Assembly (NCBI GenBank): GCA_027008345.1
Contig: JALTBU010000203.1
Span: 1-58,425, forward strand
Length of the DNA: 58,425 nucleotides
Reading direction: 5' to 3'
Source: Nautiliaceae bacterium
GTDB lineage: Bacteria; Campylobacterota; Campylobacteria; Campylobacterales; Nautiliaceae
Under the pieces are notes generated by a model, which worked only from the letters and a program-made list of their open reading frames with translations, was not told where the DNA came from and made no database searches. Each line of letters begins with the position of its first letter. Positions within the stretch are counted from its first letter, which is position 1. Of this stretch, positions 1 through 9,115 are shown piece after piece. Position numbers and translations under genes: made by a program.

Positions 1-44
1 CCACCAAACAGCAGTATTGCAGATAAAAAAAGAATTTTTTTCAT
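1..44 (-). CDS. 5' end of a gene running off the left edge; signal-peptide-like N-terminus (partial)
   Basis: The reverse complement of 1..44 reads ATG AAA AAA ATT CTT TTT TTA TCT GCA ATA CTG CTG TTT GGT GG = MKKILFLSAILLFGG. AAGG lies about 7 nt upstream of the ATG. Only 14 codons are visible. Confidence 0.3.
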   Translation of the reverse strand, partial: MKKILFLSAILLFG

Positions 45-212
45 AAAAAGCCTTTTTGACAAAATTATAACACATTATAAATTTTAAATATTGTCTAAAT
101 AAGTCCAAAAGAGTATATTTTTAACAGCATATTAAAAATAAATTAACAATTGTTTTGCTTTATCGTTAGTCTTAATTTTAAAATAAGAGATAAAAAAATA
201 AAAAAGAGAGAA

Positions 213-611
213 TTATCTTTTTGAGAATTGAGGAGATTTTCTTGCTTTCTTTTTCCCGTATTTTTTTCTTTCTACTTCTCTTGCATCTCTTGTAAGAAGT
301 CCAGCAGGTTTTAAAATACTTCTAAATTCAGGAGCATATTCAACAAGAGCTTTTGAAATACCGTGTTTGATAGCATCTGCCTGAGCAGCAAAACCACCAC
401 CAATTACTTTAACTTCGATATCAAAATTACCTTCTTGTTTAGTAAGCATTAAAGGCCATTTTACTCTAAGTTTAAGAGCCTCTCTTCCTCCAAGAAAATC
501 ATCTAAAGCTATACCGTTTACAGTAATGTTCCCACTACCATTTTTTATCCAAACTTTCGCTACAGCTTCTTTTCTTTTCCCAGTTGCGTAAATTCTTCCG
601 TGCATTTTCAT
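213..611 (-). CDS. rpsI: 30S ribosomal protein S9 (uS9)
   Basis: 132-aa [22 protein letters not shown] and the basic C-terminus [25 protein letters not shown] are hallmark uS9 sequence. Its start abuts the rplM stop, the universal rplM-rpsI pair. Confidence 0.97.
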   Translation of the reverse strand: MKMHGRIYATGKRKEAVAKVWIKNGSGNITVNGIALDDFLGGREALKLRVKWPLMLTKQEGNFDIEVKVIGGGFAAQADAIKHGISKALVEYAPEFRSILKPAGLLTRDAREVERKKYGKKKARKSPQFSKR

Positions 612-1039
612 TAGTTACCCTTTATTTGAGCTGTGTGTGGATGATTTTCACCAGCGTAAACTTTAAGTTTTTTAAGCATTTTTCTTCCAAGTTTTGTTTT
701 TGGAAGCATTCCTCTTGTTGCAAGTTTGAAAAGTTTTTCAGGATTTGTTTTAAGAAGTTTTTCAACAGTCTCTTCTTTTACACCACCAAAATATCCTGTA
801 TGTCTATAATATTTTTCGTTTAGTTTGCTTGCTTTTGAAAATTTAACTTTATCAGCATTGATTACAACTACATAATCACCACAGTCTACATGCGGAGTAT
901 AATATGGTTTATGTTTTCCTCTTAAAATAGTTGCTATTTCAGTAATTACCCTACCAAAAATTTTATCCTTAGCATCTATTAATATCCAATCTCTTTTAAC
1001 CTCTTCAGGCTTTATTGATTTAGTAAATTTCATTATCAC
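611..1039 (-). CDS. rplM: 50S ribosomal protein L13 (uL13)
   Basis: 142-aa [52 protein letters not shown] matches the conserved uL13 core. The track start is GTG at 1039. The ATG at 1033 (MKFTKS...) is an equally likely start. Confidence 0.96.
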   Translation of the reverse strand: MIMKFTKSIKPEEVKRDWILIDAKDKIFGRVITEIATILRGKHKPYYTPHVDCGDYVVVINADKVKFSKASKLNEKYYRHTGYFGGVKEETVEKLLKTNPEKLFKLATRGMLPKTKLGRKMLKKLKVYAGENHPHTAQIKGN

Positions 1040-1116
1040 ACCTTTTGTGAATTTTTTAGGTGTAGAATTTTAGTCTACAAATCTTAAAAAAACCTTAATT
1101 TAAGTAAACTTTAAGC

Positions 1117-1593
1117 TTAAATAGACGAAAATTTAAGTATTAGTTCTACTTCTCCTGCCGGAATTCTTAGTTCTCTTGAAATATCCTCAATAGAATATCC
1201 ATTCTTATAAAGAGACACTATTCTCTCCTCATCATTTTTATTAATCATATTACTGATATCAGGAACAGAGTTCTTTCGGATTTTATGCTTCATTTCTTCA
1301 ACTTCTTCTTTTATATTATTAATAATTTCAATATTTTTTTTCTCTATAAGCCTTATATCATCTACAATCGATTCTATAATTCTTTCTATTTTATTAAGTT
1401 TTTCATCTGGCGTATTGTTGAAGTTTTTTTTAATATGATAAAGTTCCTTATGAATTTCTTCAAGTGAAAGTTCAAAAGCTGAAAATTTTTGTTCGATTAT
1501 TTTATCTCTTTTAATTACATATAAAAAAAGCATAAACATAAAAAAACTAAGTCCTACAAAAATTATAATAGTTATTAATAAATTTTTATCCAT
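1117..1593 (-). CDS. membrane-anchored coiled-coil protein with a C-terminal helix-turn-helix-like segment (function unknown)
   Basis: 158-aa ORF. It has an N-terminal TM helix (LLITIIIFVGLSFFMFMLFLYVI) and a long charged helical middle. The C-terminal ERIVSLYKNGYSIEDISRELRIPAGEVELILKF looks like a sigma-70 region-4/LuxR-type HTH. It overlaps the upstream gene by 8 nt. Confidence 0.6.
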   Translation of the reverse strand: MDKNLLITIIIFVGLSFFMFMLFLYVIKRDKIIEQKFSAFELSLEEIHKELYHIKKNFNNTPDEKLNKIERIIESIVDDIRLIEKKNIEIINNIKEEVEEMKHKIRKNSVPDISNMINKNDEERIVSLYKNGYSIEDISRELRIPAGEVELILKFSSI

Positions 1594-2092
1594 TTTTTGA
1601 TTTCATCTCCCTGATTATTGCTCTTTCCCTTGCCGTAATAAATGCATTATAATCTTTTATATCTCTTTCGTGCATATGTATAATTTTCCCTATATCTTCG
1701 CTGTATCCTTCAAATATTACAGGAACTTTTCTCTCAGGGAAAACAGGCAGATCAAACCTTCCATAATATTTGATTCCTTCTTTTAAAATTTTATCTTTTA
1801 TTTGAAAAAAATCAAATCCAAGCCCTTTAGTTTCACTTTTATATTTTAATGGAATAAATTCTTTTTTTTGATTTTTAATATATGCGCTCAAATCATCTAT
1901 TTTTCTGTGAAGTGCAACAAGAAGTTCAAGAAGCACTGGATCCGTATCTCTTGTTTCACCTCTCGCTTTTGCAAGTTTAATATATTGTCCTATCGGGTCT
2001 TCACTCTCACTTCCGAGTTTATCAAATTCTTCTTTTAATTTATCGTTTAACTCATCAAATTCTATATTTATAAAAGCCGGGACAAATCTCAT
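1586..2092 (-). CDS. hypothetical cytoplasmic protein
   Basis: 168-aa ORF, translationally coupled on both sides: a 4-nt overlap with the prenyltransferase gene and an 8-nt overlap with the next gene. I cannot assign any diagnostic motif. Confidence 0.55.
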   Translation of the reverse strand: MRFVPAFINIEFDELNDKLKEEFDKLGSESEDPIGQYIKLAKARGETRDTDPVLLELLVALHRKIDDLSAYIKNQKKEFIPLKYKSETKGLGFDFFQIKDKILKEGIKYYGRFDLPVFPERKVPVIFEGYSEDIGKIIHMHERDIKDYNAFITARERAIIREMKSKNG

Positions 2093-2934
2093 TTTATAAT
2101 CCTGTCAATAATTATCAAAATCAAAAATATTATACCAAGATACCCATTTACATCAAAAAATGCTTTTGGTATATTTTTAAAATCTCTATCTACAAGTTTT
2201 TGTTCATAATAAAGCATTCCAGCTGCAAATATTACAGCAAGCCATGCAAAAAAACCAAGATGTGCATAAGCTACAAATAATGCCCAAAAAATTACGGCAA
2301 AAATATGAAACATTTTTGAAATAAAAAGCGCACCTTCTTCTCCTATTTTCGCAGGAATAGAATAAAGCCCTTCTTCTTTATCAAATTCCATATCCTGCAA
2401 TGAATAAAGCACATCGAATCCTGCTACCCAAAACATTACTCCAAATGCCAAAAATACACTCCAACAAGGAATAGTTCCCATTACAGCAACAGCACCTGCA
2501 ATAGGCGCAAGGCCAAGGGATATTCCAAGTATAATGTGGGCAAATTCACTAAATCTTTTGAAATAACTGTAACCTCCAAGGATTATAAGGACAGGAATAC
2601 TCAGTTTAAAAGCGAGCTCATTTATCATATATGCAACACCTATAAATATCAAGGCGTTTGCCAAAATAAACAGTTTTATTTCATTTTCGCTAACTTCCCC
2701 TGTTACACTGACTCTATTTTGTGTTCTTGGATTTTTTTTATCTATATCCCTGTCAACATATCTGTTTACAGCCATTGCAAAATTTCTTGCACTCACAGCA
2801 GCTAAAAGTCCAAGAAGCAAAAGTTTCCAACCAAACCATCCATTAGCCGCAACAATCATAGCTATTAATATGAAAGGTATACTGAATATCGTATGTGAAA
2901 ATTTTACAAGATCCATATATTTCTTAATATTCAT
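2089..2934 (-). CDS. UbiA-family aromatic prenyltransferase (probably the menaquinone-pathway prenyltransferase)
   Basis: 281 aa and polytopic, with about 8 hydrophobic helices. The Asp-rich motifs NRYVDRDIDKKNPRT and DVLYSLQDMEFD are typical of UbiA/MenA-type enzymes. The substrate assignment is inference from the taxon. Confidence 0.85.
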   Translation of the reverse strand: MNIKKYMDLVKFSHTIFSIPFILIAMIVAANGWFGWKLLLLGLLAAVSARNFAMAVNRYVDRDIDKKNPRTQNRVSVTGEVSENEIKLFILANALIFIGVAYMINELAFKLSIPVLIILGGYSYFKRFSEFAHIILGISLGLAPIAGAVAVMGTIPCWSVFLAFGVMFWVAGFDVLYSLQDMEFDKEEGLYSIPAKIGEEGALFISKMFHIFAVIFWALFVAYAHLGFFAWLAVIFAAGMLYYEQKLVDRDFKNIPKAFFDVNGYLGIIFLILIIIDRIIK

Positions 2935-3035
2935 TACCTCTCCATTTTATACTTTTATTTTTGATTTAAATAAATGAAAATTTAAACCTGTTTAATATTC
3001 TTATTATTGTATAATTGTAACAAAAAAGGACGGTT

Positions 3036-3890
3036 TTGTTTGCCATTATAGGTCCTACTGCCAGTGGAAAGAGTGATTTAGCAATTAAATTAGCTGAAAT
3101 ATTAGGATACGAAATACTTTCACTAGATTCTTTAAGCATTTATAAAGAAATAGATATAGCCTCGGCAAAACCTTCTTATGAAGAATTAAACAAAGTAAAA
3201 CATTACGGTATAAATGAAATATATCCAAATGAAAAATTTGATGTTACTAAATTTATTGAAATTTACAAAAAAATACCCCATCAAAAAATAATTATTGTAG
3301 GAGGAACAAGTTTTTATTTAAAAGCAATGATTAATGGAATTTCTCAAATGCCTAAAATATCTGAAAATATTAAACAAAAGGCCAAAAGTTTTTCATATGA
3401 AAGATTAAAACATATTGACCCTGAATTTACTTCAAAAATTTCACCAAATGATACATACAGAGTAACAAAAGGAGCTGAAATATATTTTGCCACAGGATTA
3501 CCGCCAAGCAGATTTTTTCAATTAAATCCCCCTAAACCTGTTCTTCCTAAAATTCCGATTTTTGAAATAGATATTGACAGAAAAACTTTAAGACAAAGAA
3601 TTATTAAAAGAACAAAAAAAATGTTTGAAAATGGTCTTATAGATGAAGTTGCATATCTTGAAGCTAAATATAAAGACAGACGCCTTCCTGCTCTAAAAGC
3701 CATAGGCATTAAAGAAGTTCTTGATTATTTTAACGGTATATACAATAAAAAAGAGCTTTTTGAAAAAATAGTTACAAACACTGCAAGACTTGCAAAAAGA
3801 CAGCAGACATTTAACAAAACACAATTCAACACCATAAAAGCACCTCTTAAAAATCTTGAAGAAATTATCCTACAACAAATAAATTACTAA
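3036..3890 (+). CDS. miaA: tRNA dimethylallyltransferase
   Basis: 284 aa with a TTG start. It has the N-terminal P-loop IIGPTASGKSDLAIKLA followed by EILSLDSLSIYKEIDIASAKP, the typical MiaA opening. Confidence 0.93.
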   Translation: MFAIIGPTASGKSDLAIKLAEILGYEILSLDSLSIYKEIDIASAKPSYEELNKVKHYGINEIYPNEKFDVTKFIEIYKKIPHQKIIIVGGTSFYLKAMINGISQMPKISENIKQKAKSFSYERLKHIDPEFTSKISPNDTYRVTKGAEIYFATGLPPSRFFQLNPPKPVLPKIPIFEIDIDRKTLRQRIIKRTKKMFENGLIDEVAYLEAKYKDRRLPALKAIGIKEVLDYFNGIYNKKELFEKIVTNTARLAKRQQTFNKTQFNTIKAPLKNLEEIILQQINY

Positions 3891-3908
3891 GAAAACAAGC
3901 TCTTCATA

Positions 3909-3988
3909 TTCACTCATCTACCCATTGACATATTATTCCATCAACTCATCCACCCATCAACCCATTCACTCATCAACTCATCCGCCCA
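3909..3988. repeat. array of 10 in-phase degenerate 8-bp units (TYNAYYCA)
   Basis: Read directly: ttcactca tctaccca ttgacata ttattcca tcaactca tccaccca tcaaccca ttcactca tcaactca tccgccca. It fills the gap between the convergent stops of miaA and the TPR gene. The + strand here is almost G-free. Confidence 0.9.
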
Positions 3989-6247
3989 CTAAAACAGTCC
4001 TTTCGCATCTTTACACAAACCTTTCCAAAGTTTAGAATTCTTCACTTTTAAACATTCATCAAGATATTTCTTTTCATTTGTAAGATTTGCAAGCATAAAC
4101 AATGCCCTCGCTTTCTCTTCACCTTTTACTCTTTTTAAAACTTCTTTTAAAACTTTTATAGCCTCTTTTTTGTTTTTAGTATATTTTGCATAAACAAATT
4201 CCACAAAAGGCGAATAAGGATATACTTTATATTCATTTTGCAAATCAATTATTTTTTTTGCAAATGTTGCGGCAAGAAGATAATTTTTATTCTCCATTCC
4301 CCATTTAACTATTTTTATATATACGTCTGTATTTTTTATATCTTTTTCTTTGATTGAATTTGCCACTTCAAGAGCTTTTTTGTAATCTCCAAGTTTCCAA
4401 AGAGCAAAAAATTTATAAAGTTTATATTTATGGCACTTCTTGTAAACCCCACATAAATCATCTATTGCAATAACGAGGTTTTTATAATCACCCAAGCCTT
4501 TTAGAGCTTCAATTTTTCTTTTCATCCATTTAATGAATATTTTATCATCTGGTGAATCAAGATATTTATTACATATTACAGAGGCAAGTCCATAATCCAT
4601 TGCTTTCATTGCACATTCATAAATTTTATCATCATATTTTTTATCAAGATTAAGATGATATTTTTTTATTACTTCTACGGCATCAATACATTTGTTTTTA
4701 TTCAAAAGCCATATAGCATATTCTTTTTTAACTTTATTCAAAAATTTTTCTTTCTCAGGAAATAAAGTTTTAGGTACAGAATTTAATTTATCTTCCATTG
4801 CAAGAATTTCTTTATATTTTTTAAGTTTTTCTAAAATTTTTGCTTTTTTTACGAGTGCTTTTAGAGCAATTTCACTTCCTTTATATTCTTTAATAATTTT
4901 ATCAATATATTTAAGCTGAGCATTGAGATCATTTTCTGGTAAATTAAAAAGAACTTTATCTTTTAATGCTTTAAGTGAATCACTATAATCACCAAAAGGA
5001 AATTTTTTAAGATACAAATCAATATAATAAAGAGATTTTTTATAATTTTTTGCTTTATAATTCCATACTGCCAAATAATATAGCAAAGGCTCATACATAT
5101 CATCAGTGTATTTTAATTTTTTAATTAAATCTTCTCCTATGTCAATTGCGAGTGAATACATATTATGTGAAGCTAAAAGTTTTGCAAGGTCAAATGCTTT
5201 TTTCTTATCTTTAAGCAAAAACTTTTTATTTGCTTTATATATCTTTTTATAATATTCATAAGCTTTTTTAAAATTTCCACTGTCCATATATCTCTGAGCG
5301 AGTCTTGCTGCGGCAAGAGATGCTATATCTATATTTTTAGTAGAAAACAAAACATCTTCATATAATTTCATAGCTTTTTTGGAATCTCCAGCTGAATAAA
5401 GCTGATCAGCTAAATAAATCATAGCAAGGTCTGCTTCATTTGTTCCAGGATATTCTGTTATTATTCTGTTAAAAAAATAACTTGCATCACTCAAAAAACC
5501 CATTTGCGAGTATGCTTTTGCCATAAGTAGTAAAACTTTTGGAAGTTTGTCGTCATACGCATATTTTTTTATCCATTTTTTACCTATCTCAATTAAATCC
5601 TCAGGATCATTATTTTTTTCTAAAAGAACCATTTTCATATATAATACATCAGGAATAAATACCGAATTTGGATATTTTCTTATAAAATCATCAATTTCAT
5701 CACTTACATCCATTCCTTTTTGAAAAGATTTGAGAATTTCGAAATATTTTAAAACATCTTGCGATTGTTTTGAAACAATGATAGGATTTTCATTCTCATC
5801 AACAGCTCCGATAAATATTTTAGGAGAATTTTTGAAATAAAAATTTAATCCCTTAGGTTTCTTTTTGGAAAGATATATTTCCATTGGAGATATAATTATC
5901 CATTTTTTAGAGATTTTTTTTTCTTGAAGGCTTAAAAGCGGATTCATATAAAGATTATCTTCTCCTGAAAACAAATAACATTTCTTTTTACATACGATTT
6001 TAATAAAAAATTTATGATTTTTAAAATAAGGTATAAATTTAAAAAATGTGCTTTTTGCTTTAAATACATAAGTAGATGGTATTTTATCAAATTCACATAA
6101 CACTGTATTTTTTTTCTTTATACATAAAAAAGCAAAATTATTATACATCGTTGTAATTTCATTTTTTATATCTGATTTTTGAAAATAATCTACATTGATT
6201 TCAAGAGAAAATAATAAAAGAGGAAAGAGAAAAAAAAGTTTTTTCAA
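3989..6247 (-). CDS. secreted tetratricopeptide-repeat (TPR) protein
   Basis: 752 aa with a signal peptide (MKKLFFLFPLLLFSLE). The remainder is dominated by 34-residue A/Y/L-patterned helical repeats, for example AMKLYEDVLF and FKKAYEYYKKIYKAN. Function unknown. Confidence 0.8.
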   Translation of the reverse strand: MKKLFFLFPLLLFSLEINVDYFQKSDIKNEITTMYNNFAFLCIKKKNTVLCEFDKIPSTYVFKAKSTFFKFIPYFKNHKFFIKIVCKKKCYLFSGEDNLYMNPLLSLQEKKISKKWIIISPMEIYLSKKKPKGLNFYFKNSPKIFIGAVDENENPIIVSKQSQDVLKYFEILKSFQKGMDVSDEIDDFIRKYPNSVFIPDVLYMKMVLLEKNNDPEDLIEIGKKWIKKYAYDDKLPKVLLLMAKAYSQMGFLSDASYFFNRIITEYPGTNEADLAMIYLADQLYSAGDSKKAMKLYEDVLFSTKNIDIASLAAARLAQRYMDSGNFKKAYEYYKKIYKANKKFLLKDKKKAFDLAKLLASHNMYSLAIDIGEDLIKKLKYTDDMYEPLLYYLAVWNYKAKNYKKSLYYIDLYLKKFPFGDYSDSLKALKDKVLFNLPENDLNAQLKYIDKIIKEYKGSEIALKALVKKAKILEKLKKYKEILAMEDKLNSVPKTLFPEKEKFLNKVKKEYAIWLLNKNKCIDAVEVIKKYHLNLDKKYDDKIYECAMKAMDYGLASVICNKYLDSPDDKIFIKWMKRKIEALKGLGDYKNLVIAIDDLCGVYKKCHKYKLYKFFALWKLGDYKKALEVANSIKEKDIKNTDVYIKIVKWGMENKNYLLAATFAKKIIDLQNEYKVYPYSPFVEFVYAKYTKNKKEAIKVLKEVLKRVKGEEKARALFMLANLTNEKKYLDECLKVKNSKLWKGLCKDAKGLF

Positions 6248-6263
6248 CCTCTGCCTTTATAGT

Positions 6264-7595
6264 TTAGAAAGCAACAGTTGAATTTATTACATCTGCCGCA
6301 ACTATACCGAAATAAATTGTACCTGCAAGTAAAATAAGCTGACCTATTAAACTACCTGCTGACATTTTTACAGTTGAATTAAATTTTGCTTCATCAAAAT
6401 ATAAATGTTTCACAATCCAAGCATAATATGCCACCGCAAGAGCAGAGTTTAATGCCGCAACCAATACAATTGGCCAAAGTCCAGCATCAACCCCTGCATA
6501 AAATGCAACCGCTTTTGCCAAGAAACCTGCAAGCAAAGGAATCCCTGCAAGTGAGAAAAGTTGTATTGTAAAGAATAATGAATGAAGAGGAGCTCTTTTC
6601 CCCATACCTTTTAAATCATGAAGATATTTAACTCCTGCTTCTCTTCTAAAATCGTTAAGAATCAAAAATACACTTGTTTGCATAAAAATATATGCTATTG
6701 CATAATATAAAACACCTGCATACGAATATACACTTGCTGCTGCCGCAAACGGAATCAAAGCATAACCACTGTGTGCTATTGATGAATAAGCAAGTATTTT
6801 AGATACTCTTTTTTGAAAAAGTGCCATAAAGTTTGCAAGTGTCATAGTCAAAATTGCAAAGAAACTGAAAATTAATACAGTCGCAATAGGGTAAGCCACC
6901 ATAAATTTATAAAATGCTTTAAATGTAGCTACTAAAACAACACTTTTTATAACACCACTTAAAATCGCAGCAGCTGCATGGTTTACTTGAGAATAAGCAT
7001 CTGCTGCCCATCCATGCATTGGAACAATTGTAAGTTTATAGAAAATACCCGCAAGCATAATTGCTACTGCAATCAATGTAAATTTACCACTTACATTCAT
7101 TTGTGAGTAGTTAAAACTGTCTGTTGTAAAACTAAAAAGTGCAAATCCAAGTAAAATAATACCACTTGCTACTGCACCTGCAATAAATGCTTTAATTGCA
7201 CCTTCTGCATTATAAAAATTTCTGATATTTGCAACAAGAATATAAGAAATAATGGCAATTACTTCAAATAAAACTACATAAATAAAGAAATTATTTGTCT
7301 CTAAAAATCCTAATGAAACGCCGGCTAAAAATAACATCTGAGCAATTAATGGTCTCTCAAAACCTGTTAGCGAAAGGGAAACAGCTGCAAGAGTTGCAAG
7401 CAATGCAAACTCCATTAACATTGTGGCCTTATCCATAACAAAATAAGGAAATACTGAATTTAAAGAATTTCCTTGATAAATAAAATATGCAGCAACAATG
7501 AAAGCTATAAGAGCAATCATTTTAGCTATAAAAATATTGTTTCTGTAAAAAATCGGAACAATTAATCCTGCCGCTATCAATACTATAAAACTCAT
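6264..7595 (-). CDS. nuoN: complex I subunit N (antiporter-like)
   Basis: 443 aa with about 14 TM helices. ILAYSSIAHSGYALI is typical of NuoN/ND2. It is the last gene of the nuo cluster. Confidence 0.9.
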   Translation of the reverse strand: MSFIVLIAAGLIVPIFYRNNIFIAKMIALIAFIVAAYFIYQGNSLNSVFPYFVMDKATMLMEFALLATLAAVSLSLTGFERPLIAQMLFLAGVSLGFLETNNFFIYVVLFEVIAIISYILVANIRNFYNAEGAIKAFIAGAVASGIILLGFALFSFTTDSFNYSQMNVSGKFTLIAVAIMLAGIFYKLTIVPMHGWAADAYSQVNHAAAAILSGVIKSVVLVATFKAFYKFMVAYPIATVLIFSFFAILTMTLANFMALFQKRVSKILAYSSIAHSGYALIPFAAAASVYSYAGVLYYAIAYIFMQTSVFLILNDFRREAGVKYLHDLKGMGKRAPLHSLFFTIQLFSLAGIPLLAGFLAKAVAFYAGVDAGLWPIVLVAALNSALAVAYYAWIVKHLYFDEAKFNSTVKMSAGSLIGQLILLAGTIYFGIVAADVINSTVAF

Positions 7596-9115
7596 TACAT
7601 ACCTCCAAAAAAGCTAAATGCTTTATTTGCAATATCAAAAATTGGTTGCGGATTAACTCCGAAATAAACAATTAAGAATGAAAATACTGCCAAAGCAAAT
7701 TTTTCAGGGAAACTCATATGGAAATTAGCTTTTTTAACTATTTCACTCGGTTCACCGTGAATTGCTCTTCTAACCGCCCAAATAATATAACCGGCACTGA
7801 TAAATCCTGCAAGAGCAATTAAAGCAATCCACCAACCGAATGATTTAACTGCTGAAATAATAATAGTAAGTTCACCTACAAATCCCATAGTTCCAGGTAA
7901 ACCTAACGCAGCCATACCTGCTAAAATAAAAATTGTACTTGCATACGGAGCATATTTCATAATACCACCCATTTCATCCATATACCATGTATGGGTTTTA
8001 TGATGAAGCCATCCTGCAATTAAGAATAAAGGTGAAATTACAATTGCATGTCCTATCATTTCATAAAGAGCTGCGCTAAGCCCGTCATAACTCATAGTGG
8101 CAATTGCCACAACCACAAGACCCATATGTGAAATAGATGAATACGCAACCATTTTTTTAATGTGTCTTTCATATACAGCAAGAAGTCCTGCAAAGAATGT
8201 TGTTGCAAGACCAAGCACAACCATCCACATAGCAAATTTAGCAGTAGTAGATGGTAAAAGTTCAACAGTAAATCTTATAAGTCCATATGCACCCATTTTC
8301 AAAAGCACACCTGCTAATAAAACAGAAATGCTGCTTGGTGCCTGAACGTGTGCATCAGGAAGCCAAGTATGAAAAGGGAATGTAGGAAGTTTTGCTGCAA
8401 ATCCTAAAAACATTAACCACCAAATAAGTGCAGGTGTTGCAAGAGAAGCTTCTTTAATTAATGTAATATCCCAATAACCTGTTTGTTTAAATAATAAGAA
8501 AAATCCTACAAACATAAACATCGCAAAAACGTGTGTGTATAAGAAAAATTTAATTGCAGCATATACTCTACTTGGAAGTTTGATTTCAATATTAAATACT
8601 TTTTTAACTTCCTCACCTTCTGCACCCCAGTAACCAACAAGGAAAAGCATAGGAACAAGTGTAAGTTCCCAAAACATAAAAAACCATAATACATTTGTAG
8701 TCATAAATACACCAAAAATCGGTCCACTAAATAAAATCAAAAGACTAAAATAAGCAGCCTGATTTTTTTCTTCCCAAGATGTAAATACAACTAAAATCAA
8801 AAGCCCTGCTGTAAGCAAAAGCATTGCAACACTCAAAGCGTCTATTTGAAGTGTAAGACTAAATCCAAAAGCCGGTACGCTTAAAAATTCACCAAGTGGT
8901 AAAAAACCAGTTGATTTAATATATTGCAAAACTTCCGGTGCAAAAGCATAACTTTCCGGATGCATTATTTGGTTTAACCAATTTAGTGAAATTATAAAAA
9001 GTACTACAAACCATATAAGCGCCACATATTTAGTTATATGCTGTGCTCCTCTTGTCAAAAAATAGACAAGGGCCGAGAGAAAAATCGGCGCAAAAATAAT
9101 ATCAACCGCTACCAT
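7595..9115 (-). CDS. nuoM: complex I subunit M (antiporter-like)
   Basis: 506 aa. FHTWLPDAHVQAPSSISVLLAGVLLKMGAYG is the NuoM/ND4 signature stretch. Confidence 0.92.
   Translation of the reverse strand: MVAVDIIFAPIFLSALVYFLTRGAQHITKYVALIWFVVLFIISLNWLNQIMHPESYAFAPEVLQYIKSTGFLPLGEFLSVPAFGFSLTLQIDALSVAMLLLTAGLLILVVFTSWEEKNQAAYFSLLILFSGPIFGVFMTTNVLWFFMFWELTLVPMLFLVGYWGAEGEEVKKVFNIEIKLPSRVYAAIKFFLYTHVFAMFMFVGFFLLFKQTGYWDITLIKEASLATPALIWWLMFLGFAAKLPTFPFHTWLPDAHVQAPSSISVLLAGVLLKMGAYGLIRFTVELLPSTTAKFAMWMVVLGLATTFFAGLLAVYERHIKKMVAYSSISHMGLVVVAIATMSYDGLSAALYEMIGHAIVISPLFLIAGWLHHKTHTWYMDEMGGIMKYAPYASTIFILAGMAALGLPGTMGFVGELTIIISAVKSFGWWIALIALAGFISAGYIIWAVRRAIHGEPSEIVKKANFHMSFPEKFALAVFSFLIVYFGVNPQPIFDIANKAFSFFGGM

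Noticed and set aside
584-823. Numerous 60-100-aa ORFs antisense to real genes, for example 584..823, 1285..1467, 2536..2805, 4692..4919, 8097..8345, 17966..18280, 29701..29958, 45133..45447, 52109..52402 and 53118..53378.
   Set aside because: All lie fully within longer, motif-supported genes on the other strand. Their sequences are the F/I/L/S/C-rich type typical of reverse-frame translation, and none has a convincing ribosome-binding site.
3909-3988. The octamer arrays here, and those at 45726, 47729 and 56394, considered as CRISPR arrays or as the replication origin.
   Set aside because: - Not CRISPR: the unit is only 8 bp, it is tandem with no spacers, and no cas genes are present.
- Not oriC: there are at least four separate arrays within 58 kb. 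No dnaA, dnaN or gyrB is nearby. There is no obvious A+T-rich unwinding element paired with the arrays, and gene orientation does not switch at any of them.
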